DNA of 64,000 bases, taken from the NCBI RefSeq assembly GCF_009914755.1, contig NC_060938.1. One strand, 5' to 3'. The position numbers and the translations under genes were made by a program. Positions 1 through 12,724 of the stretch are shown here, piece by piece (positions within the stretch are counted from its first letter, which is position 1; every line of letters starts with the position of its first letter). The stretch is from the human T2T-CHM13v2.0 reference genome, Homo sapiens. Under the pieces are notes generated by a model. That model saw nothing but the letters and a program-made list of their open reading frames with translations, had not been told where the DNA came from and did no database searches.

Positions 1-124
1 AAAAAAGAAGTATCTACACACAGAATAAGATTAAAATTCACAACACTGTTACAGTATTTATAGGGTAATGGTATTGGTGAGTGAGGTTTTTCCTTTTCTT
101 CATCTTCCAAAATGTCAGCAACTG

Positions 125-278
125 TTTATTTTAATACTGAGGATTATGTAACTGAACAAAAAGAAATATGCTTAGTTACTACTTTAACATCCTTTATGTC
201 TTCAAAGTGCATCTGAAAAATATCAGTTATGATGAAGAAAAAAGTCATGATGAAGCAATATATACAAATACCTTTATT
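125..278 (-). terminator. MED6: Candidate MED6 polyadenylation signals (AATAAA at 278-273 and 130-125)
   Basis: tttatt on + at 273-278 and 125-130, downstream of the stop; usage cannot be told from sequence. Confidence 0.45.
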
Positions 279-398
279 TTGCTTTTAAACATATCTACCA
301 GTAAACATGTGAGTGTGTAGGTTGCTCAAGTCCGGGAGAGGAAAGGTTACAGAAGACATATAACAAATATTCACAAGAAATCATGATGGGAATAATAT

Positions 399-696
399 CT
401 TTTCTTCTTTTTTGAGACAAAGTCTCGCTCTGTCGCCCAAGCTGGAGTGCAACAGCATGATAATCAGCTCAGGGCAACCTCCACCTCCCGGGTTCAAGCA
501 AGTCTCCTGTCTCAGCCTCCCGAGTAGCTGGGACTATGGGCGCCCGCCACCACGCCCGGCTAATTTTTGTATTTTTAGTAGAGACGGGGTTTCACCATAT
601 TGGTCAGGCTGGTCTTGAACTTCTGACCTCAAGTGATCCACCCGCCATGGCCTCCCAAAGTGCTGGGATTACAGGCGTGAGCCACCACATCCGGCC
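399..696 (-). mobile_element. AluS-type SINE in the MED6 3' UTR region
   Basis: Full dimer; TSD-like taatatc(t/c)tttc on both sides. Confidence 0.92.
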
Positions 697-833
697 TAAT
701 ATCCTTTCAAAAAATAAGCGCATTCCATACAAATAAGAAGGTTACAATAAAGTACTTCAAAGCTCAAGAGCCACAGTACTGAGGTATGATAACTAGCATG
801 AGGAGTCTTCCAGGCTTCTCTTTTGTCCAGTAC

Positions 834-964
834 TCACTGAAGTCTCATCCGTTTTTCAGGGGGGCCTTTAGCACTCACTGTCTGTTGTACATTCTTTGTG
901 GTCTCCTTCTCCTCAGGTTTTACAGTTTCTGGTATAGGTTCTGCCTCTTTCTTTGTTTGATCCA
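834..964 (-). CDS. MED6: MED6 exon 8, coding part ([10 protein letters not shown]...PPEKRMRLQ*)
   Basis: gatatctag| acceptor; TGA at 836-834; exons sum to 741 nt = 246 aa + stop. Confidence 0.96.
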
Positions 965-1475
965 CTAGATATCAAAAGTAGATTTTTTGGGAGGGAGATA
1001 TGGGTGGGGGGAATGAGATAAATGGTTAATATGAATGGCTCACATTTTCAAATTCATTTTTAACTGCTTATCTCAAGTTCTAGATCTAGCTGTTTCCCCA
1101 GGCAGATGTATACAAGAACCCAGTTACAAACCTAACAACCTGAAAACTCAAGGAAATTAATGATACTAGACAAAACTACATAGCATTTAAGTAAGACAGT
1201 ATGTAAAAACAAGATATATAATTATTCTAACCCAGTACCATGATGGTTCAATACCTGTTTTCAATAATGTAACAGAAAACATCATTGTGTAAAAATACAG
1301 ATTTGATGAAGAAACCTCGAATCACAGTGGCTTCCTCACACCTCCTCAATACCTACTTTTTCCCTCCCAATTCATCTTTTCACTACCACAATCACTACCA
1401 CAATGGCACCACCTGCTGACAGTTCAGCAGCTCTCAAAGATTAAGAGTAAAAAACTACAATGGGAGACTCTAGAA

Positions 1476-1666
1476 CAAGACTGTTCAACCCACCGCCCAC
1501 GGGCAGCATGAGGCCCAGGATGGCTTTGAATGTGGCCCAACACAAATCTGTAAACTTCCTTAAAACATTATGAGACTTTTTTTTTTTTTTCAGCTCATCA
1601 GCCATCATTAGTGTTATTTTATGTGTGACCCAAGACAATTCTTCTTCCAATGAGACCCAGCCCCAG
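1476..1666 (+). mobile_element. MER30-like hAT (Charlie) MITE
   Basis: Consensus-like interior; perfect 8-bp TSD ctctagaa at 1468-1475 and 1667-1674. Confidence 0.8.
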
Positions 1667-1776
1667 CTCTAGAAGGACAAAATGACCACAGCTCATTTCA
1701 CATGCTATACTTGTGATTGATTTACAAGCTGTTTGACCTTATTTCAAGCGTAATAAGAATATTACATGAACCATAC

Positions 1777-1804
1777 CTGGAACAGGCTTTTCTCCAGGCT
1801 TTAG
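1777..1804 (-). CDS. MED6: MED6 exon 7, 28-nt microexon (LKPGEKPVP)
   Basis: ttatag| ... CCAG|gtatgg; needed to keep the frame between exons 6 and 8. Confidence 0.93.
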
Positions 1805-2852
1805 CTATAATTTTTTAGAAAAAAGGGAGGGAGAGGAAGAGGAAAAAGAAGAAAACAGGTCAACTTGGCAAAATTTCTTCTTCCTGATGTCATATTAATA
1901 AAATGAAAGCTTCATCCAAATTACATTTCAAATGACTTTGTGAAGAAAAGCTACTATGTATGTACTATAAAGTAAATTTATCATTTTCTACTTCTTATTC
2001 CCCATTCCAGAAAAGACACAAATCAAAAACTAGAACAAGATAGTCAACCAACCATAAAAACACTTGAACATTTAACAAAGACTTCCACCTCCACACCCAG
2101 GCTACAATGCTTTATAAAAAGCAGTTCAGTAGAATCCAATGGGAAGAAATAATAAGTCTTTCAATACCCCAGAGTCTTATTTCCTTAGGGGTTATGACTT
2201 ATGGGAAGGGAGAATGAAGTATGGATGAACCATGACTTTTAAAGTTGGTAGGCATGGGAAATTTGGAGGGAAAAGAGATTTCTGATGAGTCTATTATTAA
2301 AAACCAATCTATAGGAAAAAAAGATAAGAGCATTAGAGGTTAGAAACAAGGTCAGGTCCTTCACTCTGCAAGCAATTCTTTCACTTGATTAAGCTCTGTC
2401 ATCTCCTTTGCCCCATTCCCCAAGTTAAATGCTCTACGACATTCTTGTCTTCTTCTACCCCTCATCCGATGACACTGTCTCCCATGTTTAAAAACAACAA
2501 CAACAAAACCAGGATGCCAACACCACCAACTTCCTTACCATCTACCTTCAAACTTATTATAACTTTATATACATATACACATATATATTTAAAATACCTT
2601 ATTACTTCCATATCATCTTAGAAGAAAAAACAGTCTCTTCACTTCTAATGCCTCCATCTGTGTGCTGAATCTTTCTGGATTTACATGCCCTCCCTAGGCC
2701 TTCTTACCTATTCCCACTTCTAACTACAAAATTTTCTGATATTACATGTTCCAGGTTCATGCTGACAACTGCCAACTATCCTACTCCAACTGCAAGTCCT
2801 GGGAATCTTTACACTTAACAAGACCAAAACTGAGCTTCACATTATTATCCAC

Positions 2853-3418
2853 TGTGCAATAAAAAGGTTACCACAGAAGGCCTGAGGCTGCTATACTTAG
2901 AAAGGCCTGCTTGCAAGGTTGGCCCTTGGTTAGTGTCTAGAAACTTGGATTTTTGGAGGGTTCCCACCATTCCCTGGTAATAGTGGCTCACTGTGCCTAG
3001 ACTGTACAAACAATGCAATTTAGGCTGAATACCTGCTTTCTTCAGAGGTTGTGAAATTTTGGTATGTGCTAGATAGAGGATACCTACATGAAGAGCTCCC
3101 CCAACTCCAAAAACACACCTTGGGTACCAGGTCTCTAATGGATCTCCCTGGGCAGAAATATCACACATATGTTGCTGCATTTTCACTGTTGAGAGAAGAG
3201 TGCACTCTGTGTAACCTCTTAAGGGAAGGAGAAAGTATAAGAAAGCCTGCACATAGATTCTTCCAGACTCTGCTGTGTCCTTTTCCCTTATGATCTGGCT
3301 ATATACATCCTTGCTATATTATAGCAATAAATCTTAGCTGAGTACAACTACATGCTGAGTCCTCTGAGTCCTGCTAGCAATCCCCAAATACGGGAGTCAT
3401 CATGAGAACCCCCAACAA
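2853..3418 (+). mobile_element. MER68-like ERVL solo LTR
   Basis: tgtgcaataaaaaggtt...aaggcctgcttgcaaggttggcccttgg...gctgagtcctctgagtcc...cccccaaca. Confidence 0.75.
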
Positions 3419-4424
3419 AGCCACATATCACATTATCTTGTGAAAATATCAATACTTAACATGTCCAAAGTAATTTTGAGGGAATAAATTGTTTTTCTTT
3501 AAAATAGGAGAGGAAACATAGGGAGGAACATTGAGGAGAGTAAAAAATTTGAAAAGGGGGATTTTTCTACTGTCAGCACTGAACTACATTTAAACTATAT
3601 TGGACACTGAACTATATTTGGACATTGGAATAATGTCATTATTTACCCAACATAATACACTGTCTAATCTTTTCTAGTAAGTCCTGCTAGACTAGTAGAA
3701 CACGGTCTGAGATGGGGATATATAACAAGAGTGCTTCTTGGAGCAAATTTAATCAGGTGGCTTTGGTTTAGATAATCCTAGTTGAAGTAATATCCTATGG
3801 TATTCTAGCAGCTTCTAAAACCAGCAATAAAAAGACAGTCCTCATAAAAGGCTCCAAGGACTGAAACTCTCATCACATCAGTATTAGTGCAACTTCCAGC
3901 AGTAACAAGAATTAAAATATGGAAAAAGGAGCTTCAAAGAAGCAGACAGGACTTCTCCAATATTCTCCTGAACATCCCCTTACAGGGGCAACATCCCTGG
4001 GTACCACAAGCCCAACTGCTCGATAAAATTGATTAGTAGGAATACCTGCTGTATCCTTATCCGAACTACAGGTAGTTCTGGAGGATGCAATGGGTAAAGA
4101 GGAGTTCATATGAGCTAAAAGAAGTTCTGGGAGACTTGCAGTAGATTATTTTCTTCTCTAGATCTGAGGCTGGAAAAATTTTTGTTAGGAAAAGCAAAAA
4201 GATTATTAATAGTTCTAGAGAAAGCCATCTTTCTCCTAGTTATGTTACACAGAGCTGGATATACTCTATCTTTGGGAGTTGGTTTTTGGCCCTTGGATGG
4301 TAAAAGAAATGGCTCAGGAATATGATGATATAAGTATGAATGTGGCTAAACCTTTAAAAGAAAAAGGTAAAAAACTCACTGAAATGATATGAAATCTGCA
4401 GTCTGCTTAAAAATAATTGGGAGG

Positions 4425-4853
<429 letters not shown>

Positions 4854-5911
4854 TTATTCTCTCTGCTTTCATGTTTTTAAAATTACCATACTTTTCTATA
4901 AAGTAAAGAGTTTTTATTTTAAGAATCAAGAGAGTCTTTGAGCTTTCTATAACGTCTAGCCTAGCTCACCAGGACAGGACAGCAAACAAGAATCAAGGCA
5001 GCATCCCTAGCCAGGGGCGGGGAAAAAAAAGTTGTCTTTCACTGGAGTACCTCAGGACTCAAATACAACAGCAAACTACCGAATGTTCTTTAGGTCGGTC
5101 AATGAAAACCAAACCCCTAACAACTGTTATTTCAACCAAAATCTGTTTCTTTCCCTGTATTCTGAATTTTAGTTAATAATACCTAGTCTAATTCTAGGCC
5201 TAAAACCACAGAATCACCCTTTGTCCAATCTCTCCAAATCCAACCACCAAATTAAAGCAATCCTAACTCGAAATACCTCCTGAATCTGTCTCCTCTCTAT
5301 CCTATGGCCACAGAATTCAAGTTTTCCACAATTTAAGTGCCCTGACTCCAAACTTCACATGTGATTTCCTAAGCATCCCCCCCATACTGTTACTAGTTGC
5401 ATTCCTAAAACACAAAACTGACTACACCACTCCCTTGCAACTACTTTTAAATACCCAATGGGTCCTTATCACCATCAGCAATAATTCTCAACTAGTCACT
5501 TGAAGATGAGATAGAGGAGTTTTTAGTGAGAATACACTCCTAGAGTATATACTTGAAAAACATTATACAAAATTTCTCCTGGTTTGGTCTGCCTTTGGTT
5601 ATGATAGCTATTGGTTTAAAACTTAAAATAACTCTGAATGCATCTGGAGGCCTGTTATGTTTATGGGAGTGGTAATGGGTTGTAAGTTTAAAATAGAGAA
5701 GAAACATAGGCCTCCAGGATTAAATCCCAGCTCCTTTGCATAGCATACAAAATCCTTCTCAACTGACCTTAATCCATTTTTTAAGTCTCATCTTCCATTA
5801 CTCTTCCCCTCCACAAACACAGAGTAAACCTTCAGAGGATTCTTCTGGTTTCTGAACATATGTTCACTAACTCATGTTTCTGGTTTTGCATGTTCTATTA
5901 CCGTTTTCTAG

Positions 5912-6210
5912 ATCACGACTGTTCAAAAGAAATGTGAGCCACAAATGCAAGCTATACATGTAATTTTAAATTTTCTTGTCACATTTTTAAAAAGAAACAT
6001 GTATTTTATTTAACCAAATATACCTAAAATATTATTTCAACATATAATCAATATTTTTAAACTACTGAGATATTTTACATACATTCTTTTTCATACAAGT
6101 CTGAAATCCAGTATGTATACTGCACTTACATCACAACTCAATCTGGGCTAGCTGTGTTTCAAATGCTAATAGTCACATGTGCCTCGTGGTTACCATACTG
6201 GACAGCACAT
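5912..6210. mobile_element. MER33/MER3-like hAT MITE
   Basis: gagccaca..atgtaattttaaatttt...cacatgtg..gtggttaccatactggacagcaca. Confidence 0.65.
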
Positions 6211-7283
6211 GTCTAGGTGTCTTCCCCTGGCCTACCTAGCATACACTATGTACTCACCAAATGAATGGTCAACTACACCTAACCTCTTACATTCTGTAGA
6301 GGTCACTCATCACCCTACTACAGCTATAATTCATTTATTTATTTATTCAACAGACTATGTTCCATCTTCAAGTGCAGTTGATGAGATTCCTCTAAACTGG
6401 CTTTCCTGTCCTGAGTTCCATCTTGTGTCCTCTGCTCTCTTCACCACTACATCACAATTCCAATAGCACCTATCTCTCACTACAGCAGAGTCAGGGAAGA
6501 GAAAAGGGGAGGCTTGTTCTAAAGTCATCTCATGTGAAAAATGTCATTTAGTTTAAAATTTCCCTTGAAAATCCCTTAAAGAGCTCCTAACAAAAACAGG
6601 GTATATGATCTTGTATGTACATTGTAAAGGTCCAGAAGAATTGAGACTAGCCATGAGAACAGCATATTCATCTATTCCATTCCATATCTACTAGACTCCA
6701 AAAGCTCATTTAGTAGAATGGCAGGTGGATTTGCTATTGCTGTTAGAAATCTCCCTGCCCCTCCAAATCACACAGTGGAATTCATATAACTTAAAACCCC
6801 AACACAGGGTATCTCTATTCATCACTCCTGTCTCCTCTGTTTATTATGCCAAACACTCTACCTCAGATGTTCTGTTCTTTTTGTTACACAAGTGTTAACT
6901 ATTCTATCATTTAGGTTGTTCAGATATCTACTACATCAGGCTGGAAGGTGGCATGTAGAGTAAAAAGAGCATGAGTTTCATATTCTAGTTTTGTTACCAC
7001 CTGTGACACTTTCAGCAACCTTTTGAATGAGAATATTATCTACATGCAGTCCTCATAGTTTGTGAAGTTTCAGTAAGAAACACAAAACAGTGTTAATTCC
7101 ATTCCATTTACCCATTTCTTCCATTAAGTCTTTCGAAACCTTTCCTTTGATACAGAGATCATTTTTTAACTAATGAGGAAAATTGTACTTTTAGGTCACA
7201 TCTGAAACAGTTCTCAATTAAAAATTAATATATATGCCATAAAGAAGTGTCAAATCAAGATTAACCACACATATTCTCATTAC

Positions 7284-7399
7284 CTGCACAAATTTGGGTG
7301 GAAATTTTTGTCTGAGGTCTAAAAGTAAAGCATCCACACGTTGTCTCTGAAAAATAGAGCTTGGTTCTTCTTTCCTTTTGGCTTTAGGTCTGACTTTAT
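7284..7399 (-). CDS. MED6: MED6 exon 6 ([39 protein letters not shown])
   Basis: ttttaatag| ... CAG|gtaatg; 116 nt. Confidence 0.96.
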
Positions 7400-8445
7400 C
7401 TATTAAAATACGAAGTCCAAATCAAAACATTGCCTACTTAGTTTGGTGTCTCATATTTTACAAATCTTTATCCACCATGAATATACCCAAACTTCATTAT
7501 TTTTAATGGCTGCTATACCAAAGATAATTCCCAAAATAAGGTAAACACAGCACATATACAGAAGTGTTGTTAACTCTCCCTCTTAACTGAAGTTAAATTC
7601 TAACATTTAAGCTGATACATATGTCTTTTAAAGATACTTCAGTTTTGGTATATAAGCACGCACAACCGTAAGAGTTTTAAAGCTAAAGTTTTTCATAATT
7701 ACCTAAATCACACAATCCAAATTATTGGCTTGAAATTACCTTTGTTATTTTAAGTGTATTAAATGGTCTTTTCTCACAAAACCTACTAGCAACAAATGGA
7801 AATGCAGGTTTCACAAACTCAAGCTACCATATTCAATTATTAAGACTGTAATTCACTAAAAAAAAATAATAAAACAGAAAATTATGAAGACAAAAAAGAA
7901 AAGAACCTGAAAGAGAAATTCTGAAGTTAATCGCATGTGGGATTTGCCCTTGGGAGGGAGGTGTATTGGGAAACTGTCTCTAAGCAAAGGATTCCAGATA
8001 AGTGTTACTCCGAACACTTGGTTATCGTAGGGGAAAAGAGCCATTGGGCCAATTTTAGTCAACAAAGGCAAACTTTCCTTCATCAAATGTTCCTGCTTAT
8101 ACCTACTATTAAGAAGATACAGGTCTGAATTCTATACAAATGCTGTTTCCCTCAGTAATTTATTCTGACTTGCTATTTCTCAGAAAAGGAAATGGAGAAT
8201 ACAAGTATGCTGTTACAGGCACATTTCTGGAGGTAGTCGAACAGTAAAATATGATGAAGACAGTAGCAGATTACATGGAAACTTGGAGGACCTGGAGCCA
8301 CAAGAGGTGATGAGATGCAAAGATCAGAAAACAGACTGGCCATCTGGGGATAGGGCTCTAAAAAGCAATCTCTCTCATCTCCTCTGCTTTGAAGACTGGA
8401 GGAATAAAGAGTTCCAGATACCAAGATAACTCAACAGTCAGGTAA

Positions 8446-8655
<210 letters not shown>

Positions 8656-8897
8656 TAAAACCTTGAATCACCTTAACAAAGACTACCAGTTAACTAACAG
8701 AGTGAACTTGCATCTGTTCCTATGTGAAAGCTATTATTACCACATCTAGTTACATGAATCTCAGCTGCAACAAAGCCATCATCCCATGAAAAAGTGAAAC
8801 ACACTTAGAAAAGATCAACAGCCATTTTCCTAAAGAAAACAGCTTCATTCTCAGAGGATCAAAAAGTGTTTTAGGAGGGTATGGATGTTCTACTTAC

Positions 8898-9006
8898 CTT
8901 GCTCTTCATGATCTTTGAAGTGCCACCAATACCCTTTGGAAGGATGATATCGACAGTATGACATAGCTTCATCAAAAGCTGACTGAATACCATGCACTGC
9001 AGTAAG
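8898..9006 (-). CDS. MED6: MED6 exon 5 ([36 protein letters not shown])
   Basis: ttttacaag| ... CAAG|gtaagt; 109 nt. Confidence 0.96.
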
Positions 9007-9313
9007 CTTGTAAAAGGAAAATAAACTCTAAATTTATCATTAGGTCGACCAAACTTTCCAAAGTAAATACTCACAAAATATTACATATGCAAAGACAGAA
9101 CCTATTTTTCAGAACCTAAATTACTATATAATTGAGACTATGAAATATACTTTGAGCACCGACTTGGCTCACAGTAACCAAAGTTCAAGACATTCTAATA
9201 GTCAATACTTTATAGCAACTTACACAAGGCAGAGGAGCTCTAGTTTGATTACTGGAAGCAAGGTAGCTAATTAAAAGTTTTCTTTAGTGCTTAAAGAATG
9301 TGAAGACACTTAC

Positions 9314-9396
9314 CACTCTAGAGTTTATAACTGATCCCAAGTCTGGTGCCTGATAGATCACTCCAGCAATGATATAGTAATCAGCTAGTGGGATAA
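9314..9396 (-). CDS. MED6: MED6 exon 4 ([28 protein letters not shown])
   Basis: gttttag| ... GTG|gtaagt; 83 nt; conserved Med6 motif [12 protein letters not shown]. Confidence 0.97.
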
Positions 9397-9497
9397 CTAA
9401 AACAGTGGGAAAAAAGGTTTATAAATACAGCTATGGACACAAACTGCTAAACAGATTCTCATAAAAAGAAATAAAATCTGACATTTTCCCATAAGGC

Positions 9498-9830
9498 AGG
9501 GTTTAGCAATTACTGTTTTGGTAAAGCTGTACTAGAAAACAGCCACATCCAATCATTTACATATTATCTATGGCTGCTCTGGCAATAATTGAGCATTGTC
9601 ACAGAGACTACGAGGCCCACAAACCCCAAGTATTTAGTCACTGGCCCTTTTCAGAAAAAGTATGCCCACTGTTGCCCTCCAGCAGTGCTTCTCAAATTTT
9701 AATGTGCATCTGAATTACCTGGGGACCTTGTTAAAATTAGATTCTTATTCAGTAGGGATAGTGCATTTCTAACGAGTTCCCAAAAGATGCCAATACTGTT
9801 GTCAGTCAACCTTACTTAAGGGAGTAAGAC
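9498..9830. mobile_element. MER58A-like followed by MER5A-like hAT MITEs
   Basis: acagccacatcc..atttacatattatctatggctgct (MER58A); cagtgcttctcaaattttaatgtgcatctgaattacctgggg (MER5A). Confidence 0.65.
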
Positions 9831-9894
9831 CTTGGAGCAAGACAGACTGGGGGGTCCAGTGTAAAGATATCAAATGCAATGAGCTTGCTTTTGT

Positions 9895-10467
9895 GCCCCA
9901 GTGCTGGGTCCTAAGGAATAAGATAGCTGCTAGTGAGGCTACTGCTGTCTTGTGTAATTTTTACACCTTGAATCCTCTCACTATGGAAATCTTGTCTTGT
10001 CGCTGGTTTGCCTTGGTTCTAAGGTTCTCTTTTACTCTGGGCAGGGACTCTAGATCTTTGATTTTGTAACTGATTTTGGATTCCAGAATCACAACTTCTT
10101 TATCAAGTCATTCTCTGAAAACAATGCCAAGTTAAAGATTGTCCATAAATGTCTTAATGAGGGTATCCAATTGAGAGATGTAGCTAGAATAACACCCATC
10201 TGGCTCCCCTATCTTGAATCTTCTCTTCAGTATGACTTTATCCATGGTCTTGCCTTGATTCTAATGTCTTCAATTTCTGGTCATCGCTGGAAAAGGTGTC
10301 TAGCTCTTTGATTCAAAACCAAATCTGGACTCTACACTCTTCAGTGTTGTTTCTAAACCAAGCTTTCAGTAGGTAGTATAACCCACGCAAGGCTTTTAGT
10401 TGAATGCATCACTGAGGATTTTCAACTGATCCTCTATTAATTTGATATGACCAGATCTACCATGCAT
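9895..10467 (-). pseudogene. Decayed DUXA-like double-homeobox processed pseudogene
   Basis: Manual minus-strand translation across frameshifts: HIKLIEDQLKILSDAFN*KPCVGYTTY*KLGLE/NTEECRVQIWF/NQRARHLFQ ... SQLDTLIKTFMDNL*LGIVFRE*LDKEV/ILESKI/QNQRSRVPAQSKREP. Collinear with DUXA homeodomains 1 and 2 as I recall them, with no introns. Confidence 0.85.
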
Positions 10468-10519
10468 TTTGTAAAAGAATTAACTCAGTGGACTGATGTG
10501 AAAAAAAAAGTTAATTGTG

Positions 10520-11924
10520 GTCATCAGCAAAGCCTGAGTCCTGTCCTCTCACTCTCCTCCCCAGACAGCATGAGTTTCACCACTCACTCCACCTTCTCCA
10601 ACTACTGGTCCCTGGGCTCCATCCAGGCGCCCAGCTGCGGCACCCAGCCAGTCAGCAGCACGGCCAGCGTCTATACAGGCACCGGAGGCTCTGGTTCCCA
10701 GATCTCCGTGTCCCGCTCCACCGGTTTCCAGGGCAGCTTGGGGTACAGGAGCCTGGCCATGGGATGGCCAGGGTTCTAGCAGGAATGGGAGGCATCCAGA
10801 ACGAGGAGGAGACCATGCAAAGCCTGAACCTACCCTGGTTCAATGCCTGACCTCCTACCTGGACAGAGTGAGGAGCCTGGAGACCGAGAACCAGAGGCTA
10901 GAGAGCAAAATCCAGGAGCACCTGGATAAGAAGGGACCCCAGGTCAGAGATTGGGGCCATTACTTCAAGACCATCGAGGACCTGAGGGCTCAGATCTTCT
11001 CAAGTACTGTGGACAATGCCCACATTGTTCTGCAGATCGACAATGCCCATCTTGCTGCTGATAGAGTCAAGTATGAGACAGAGCTGGCCATGTATCAGTC
11101 TGTGGAGAGCAACATCCATGGGCTCTGCAAGGTCAATGACACCAGTGTCACTCGGCTTCAGCTACAGACAGAGATTGAGGCTCTCAAGGAGGAGCTGCTC
11201 TTCATGAAGAACCGTGAAGAGGAAGTAAAGGCCTACAAGCCCAGACTGCCAGCTCTGGGTTGACGATGAAGGTAGATACCCCCAAATCTCAGGACCTCGC
11301 CAAGATCACAGGAGACATCCTAATACGAAGAGCTGGCTCAGAAGAACTGAGAGGAGCTAGACAAGTACTGGTCTCAGCAGATTGAGGAGAACACCACAGT
11401 GGTCACTATGCAGTCTGCCAAGGTTGGGGTTGCTAAGGTGACGCTCACGGAGCTGAGAGGTACGGTCCAGTCCTTGGAGACTGACCTGGACTCGATGAGA
11501 AATCTGAAGGCCAGCTTGGAGAACAGCCTGAGGGAGGTGGAGGCCTGCTATACCCTGCAGATGGAGCAGCTCAACAGGATCCTGCTGTACCTGGAGTTGG
11601 AGCTGGCACAGGCCGGGGCAGAGAGGCAGCACCAGGCCCAGGAGTACAAGGCCCTGCTGAACATCAAGGTCAAGCTGTAGGCTGAGATCACCACCTACCG
11701 CCGCCTGCTGGAAGACAGCCAGGACTTCAATCTTGGTGACGCCCTGGACAGCAGCAACTCCATGCAAACCATCCAAAAGACCCCACCCGCCAGGTAGTGG
11801 ATGGCAGAGTGGTGTCTGAGACCAACAACATCAAAATTCTGAGACATTAAGCCAGCAGAAGCAGGGTACCCTTTGAGGAGCAGGAGGCCAATAAAAAGTT
11901 CAGAGGTCAAAAAACAAAACAAAA
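10520..11924 (+). pseudogene. KRT18P7: Keratin 18 processed pseudogene in MED6 intron 3 (probably KRT18P7)
   Basis: KRT18 5'UTR, ATG 10570 (MSFTTHSTFSNY..), rod peptides in ORFs 10868 and 11399, stops and frameshifts, no introns, TAA 11848-11850, AATAAA 11890-11895, A-rich tail; the number in the symbol is from memory. Confidence 0.93.
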
Positions 11925-11964
11925 TTACTTGGGATGCTTGACGTTCAGTCGGTATACCAACTGT

Positions 11965-12543
11965 GCTCACAGAAAGAGGTAGCTTTGATGCAGTGAGTCG
12001 CTCTGACTGTTAGTGCTTGAAGAGTTGTCCTTGGGCATGCTCCAAGAGTCCTGGTATCCAAGTATACAACTAGTGGAACTTGGCTTTTGAAACATTTCCT
12101 ATATGATAGTTAGGCTGGTTGTACCAGCCTTTGCAGACAATTTGTACAAACAATGTGATTATAGTAGACACCAGATTTCTTTTGGAAAATCTAAAAATCT
12201 GGTGGGCAGAGGATGTCCAAGCAACCAACCCTCTATAAAAATCCCTGGCTCAGAGTCTTATATGGACTTCCCTGAGCAGACATATTGAATGCAGCTGCAT
12301 TTCACTGCTGGATGGAGGGCACACTCTGTGGCCCTTCACAAGCAAGAGGGAAAGCATAAGAAACTTGCACATGGATTCCTACAGACCCCACCTGACATGT
12401 CTTTTTCCAGTACTAATCTGGCTGCGTACCCTTACTGTGTTGTCATAACAAATCTTAGCTGTAAGTACAACCATATGCTAAGTCTGGTGAGTCCTCCAGC
12501 ATAGTACTGAACATGTATGTGGTCTTGGAGACCCCCCAAACAG
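11965..12543 (+). mobile_element. MER68/MER21-class ERVL LTR (5' edge uncertain)
   Basis: Similar to 2853-3418 (ttgtacaaacaatg, aatcttagctg, gtggtcttggagacccc). Confidence 0.6.
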
Positions 12544-12632
12544 AAACCAATCAAAAAAACAAGTTAGGTCAGGAAGTAAATAAATTATGGTATTTTAAAA
12601 AGAAAACAATGCCTAAAGTTTACACATTTTAC

Positions 12633-12724
12633 CTTGGGCAGGGGACTGCCGCTGTTGCTTCCGAATGATGAAAAGAATGGGCTCTTGAGCATGCAAAAGG
12701 ATGTACTCGATTCCAACCATCTGA
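12633..12724 (-). CDS. MED6: MED6 exon 3 ([30 protein letters not shown])
   Basis: ttttcag| ... CAAG|gtaaaa; 92 nt; phase consistent with flanking exons. Confidence 0.96.

Noticed and set aside
10447-11970. Keratin-like ORFs as a functional gene
   Set aside because: Split across frames by stops and frameshifts, intronless, with a polyA remnant: processed pseudogene
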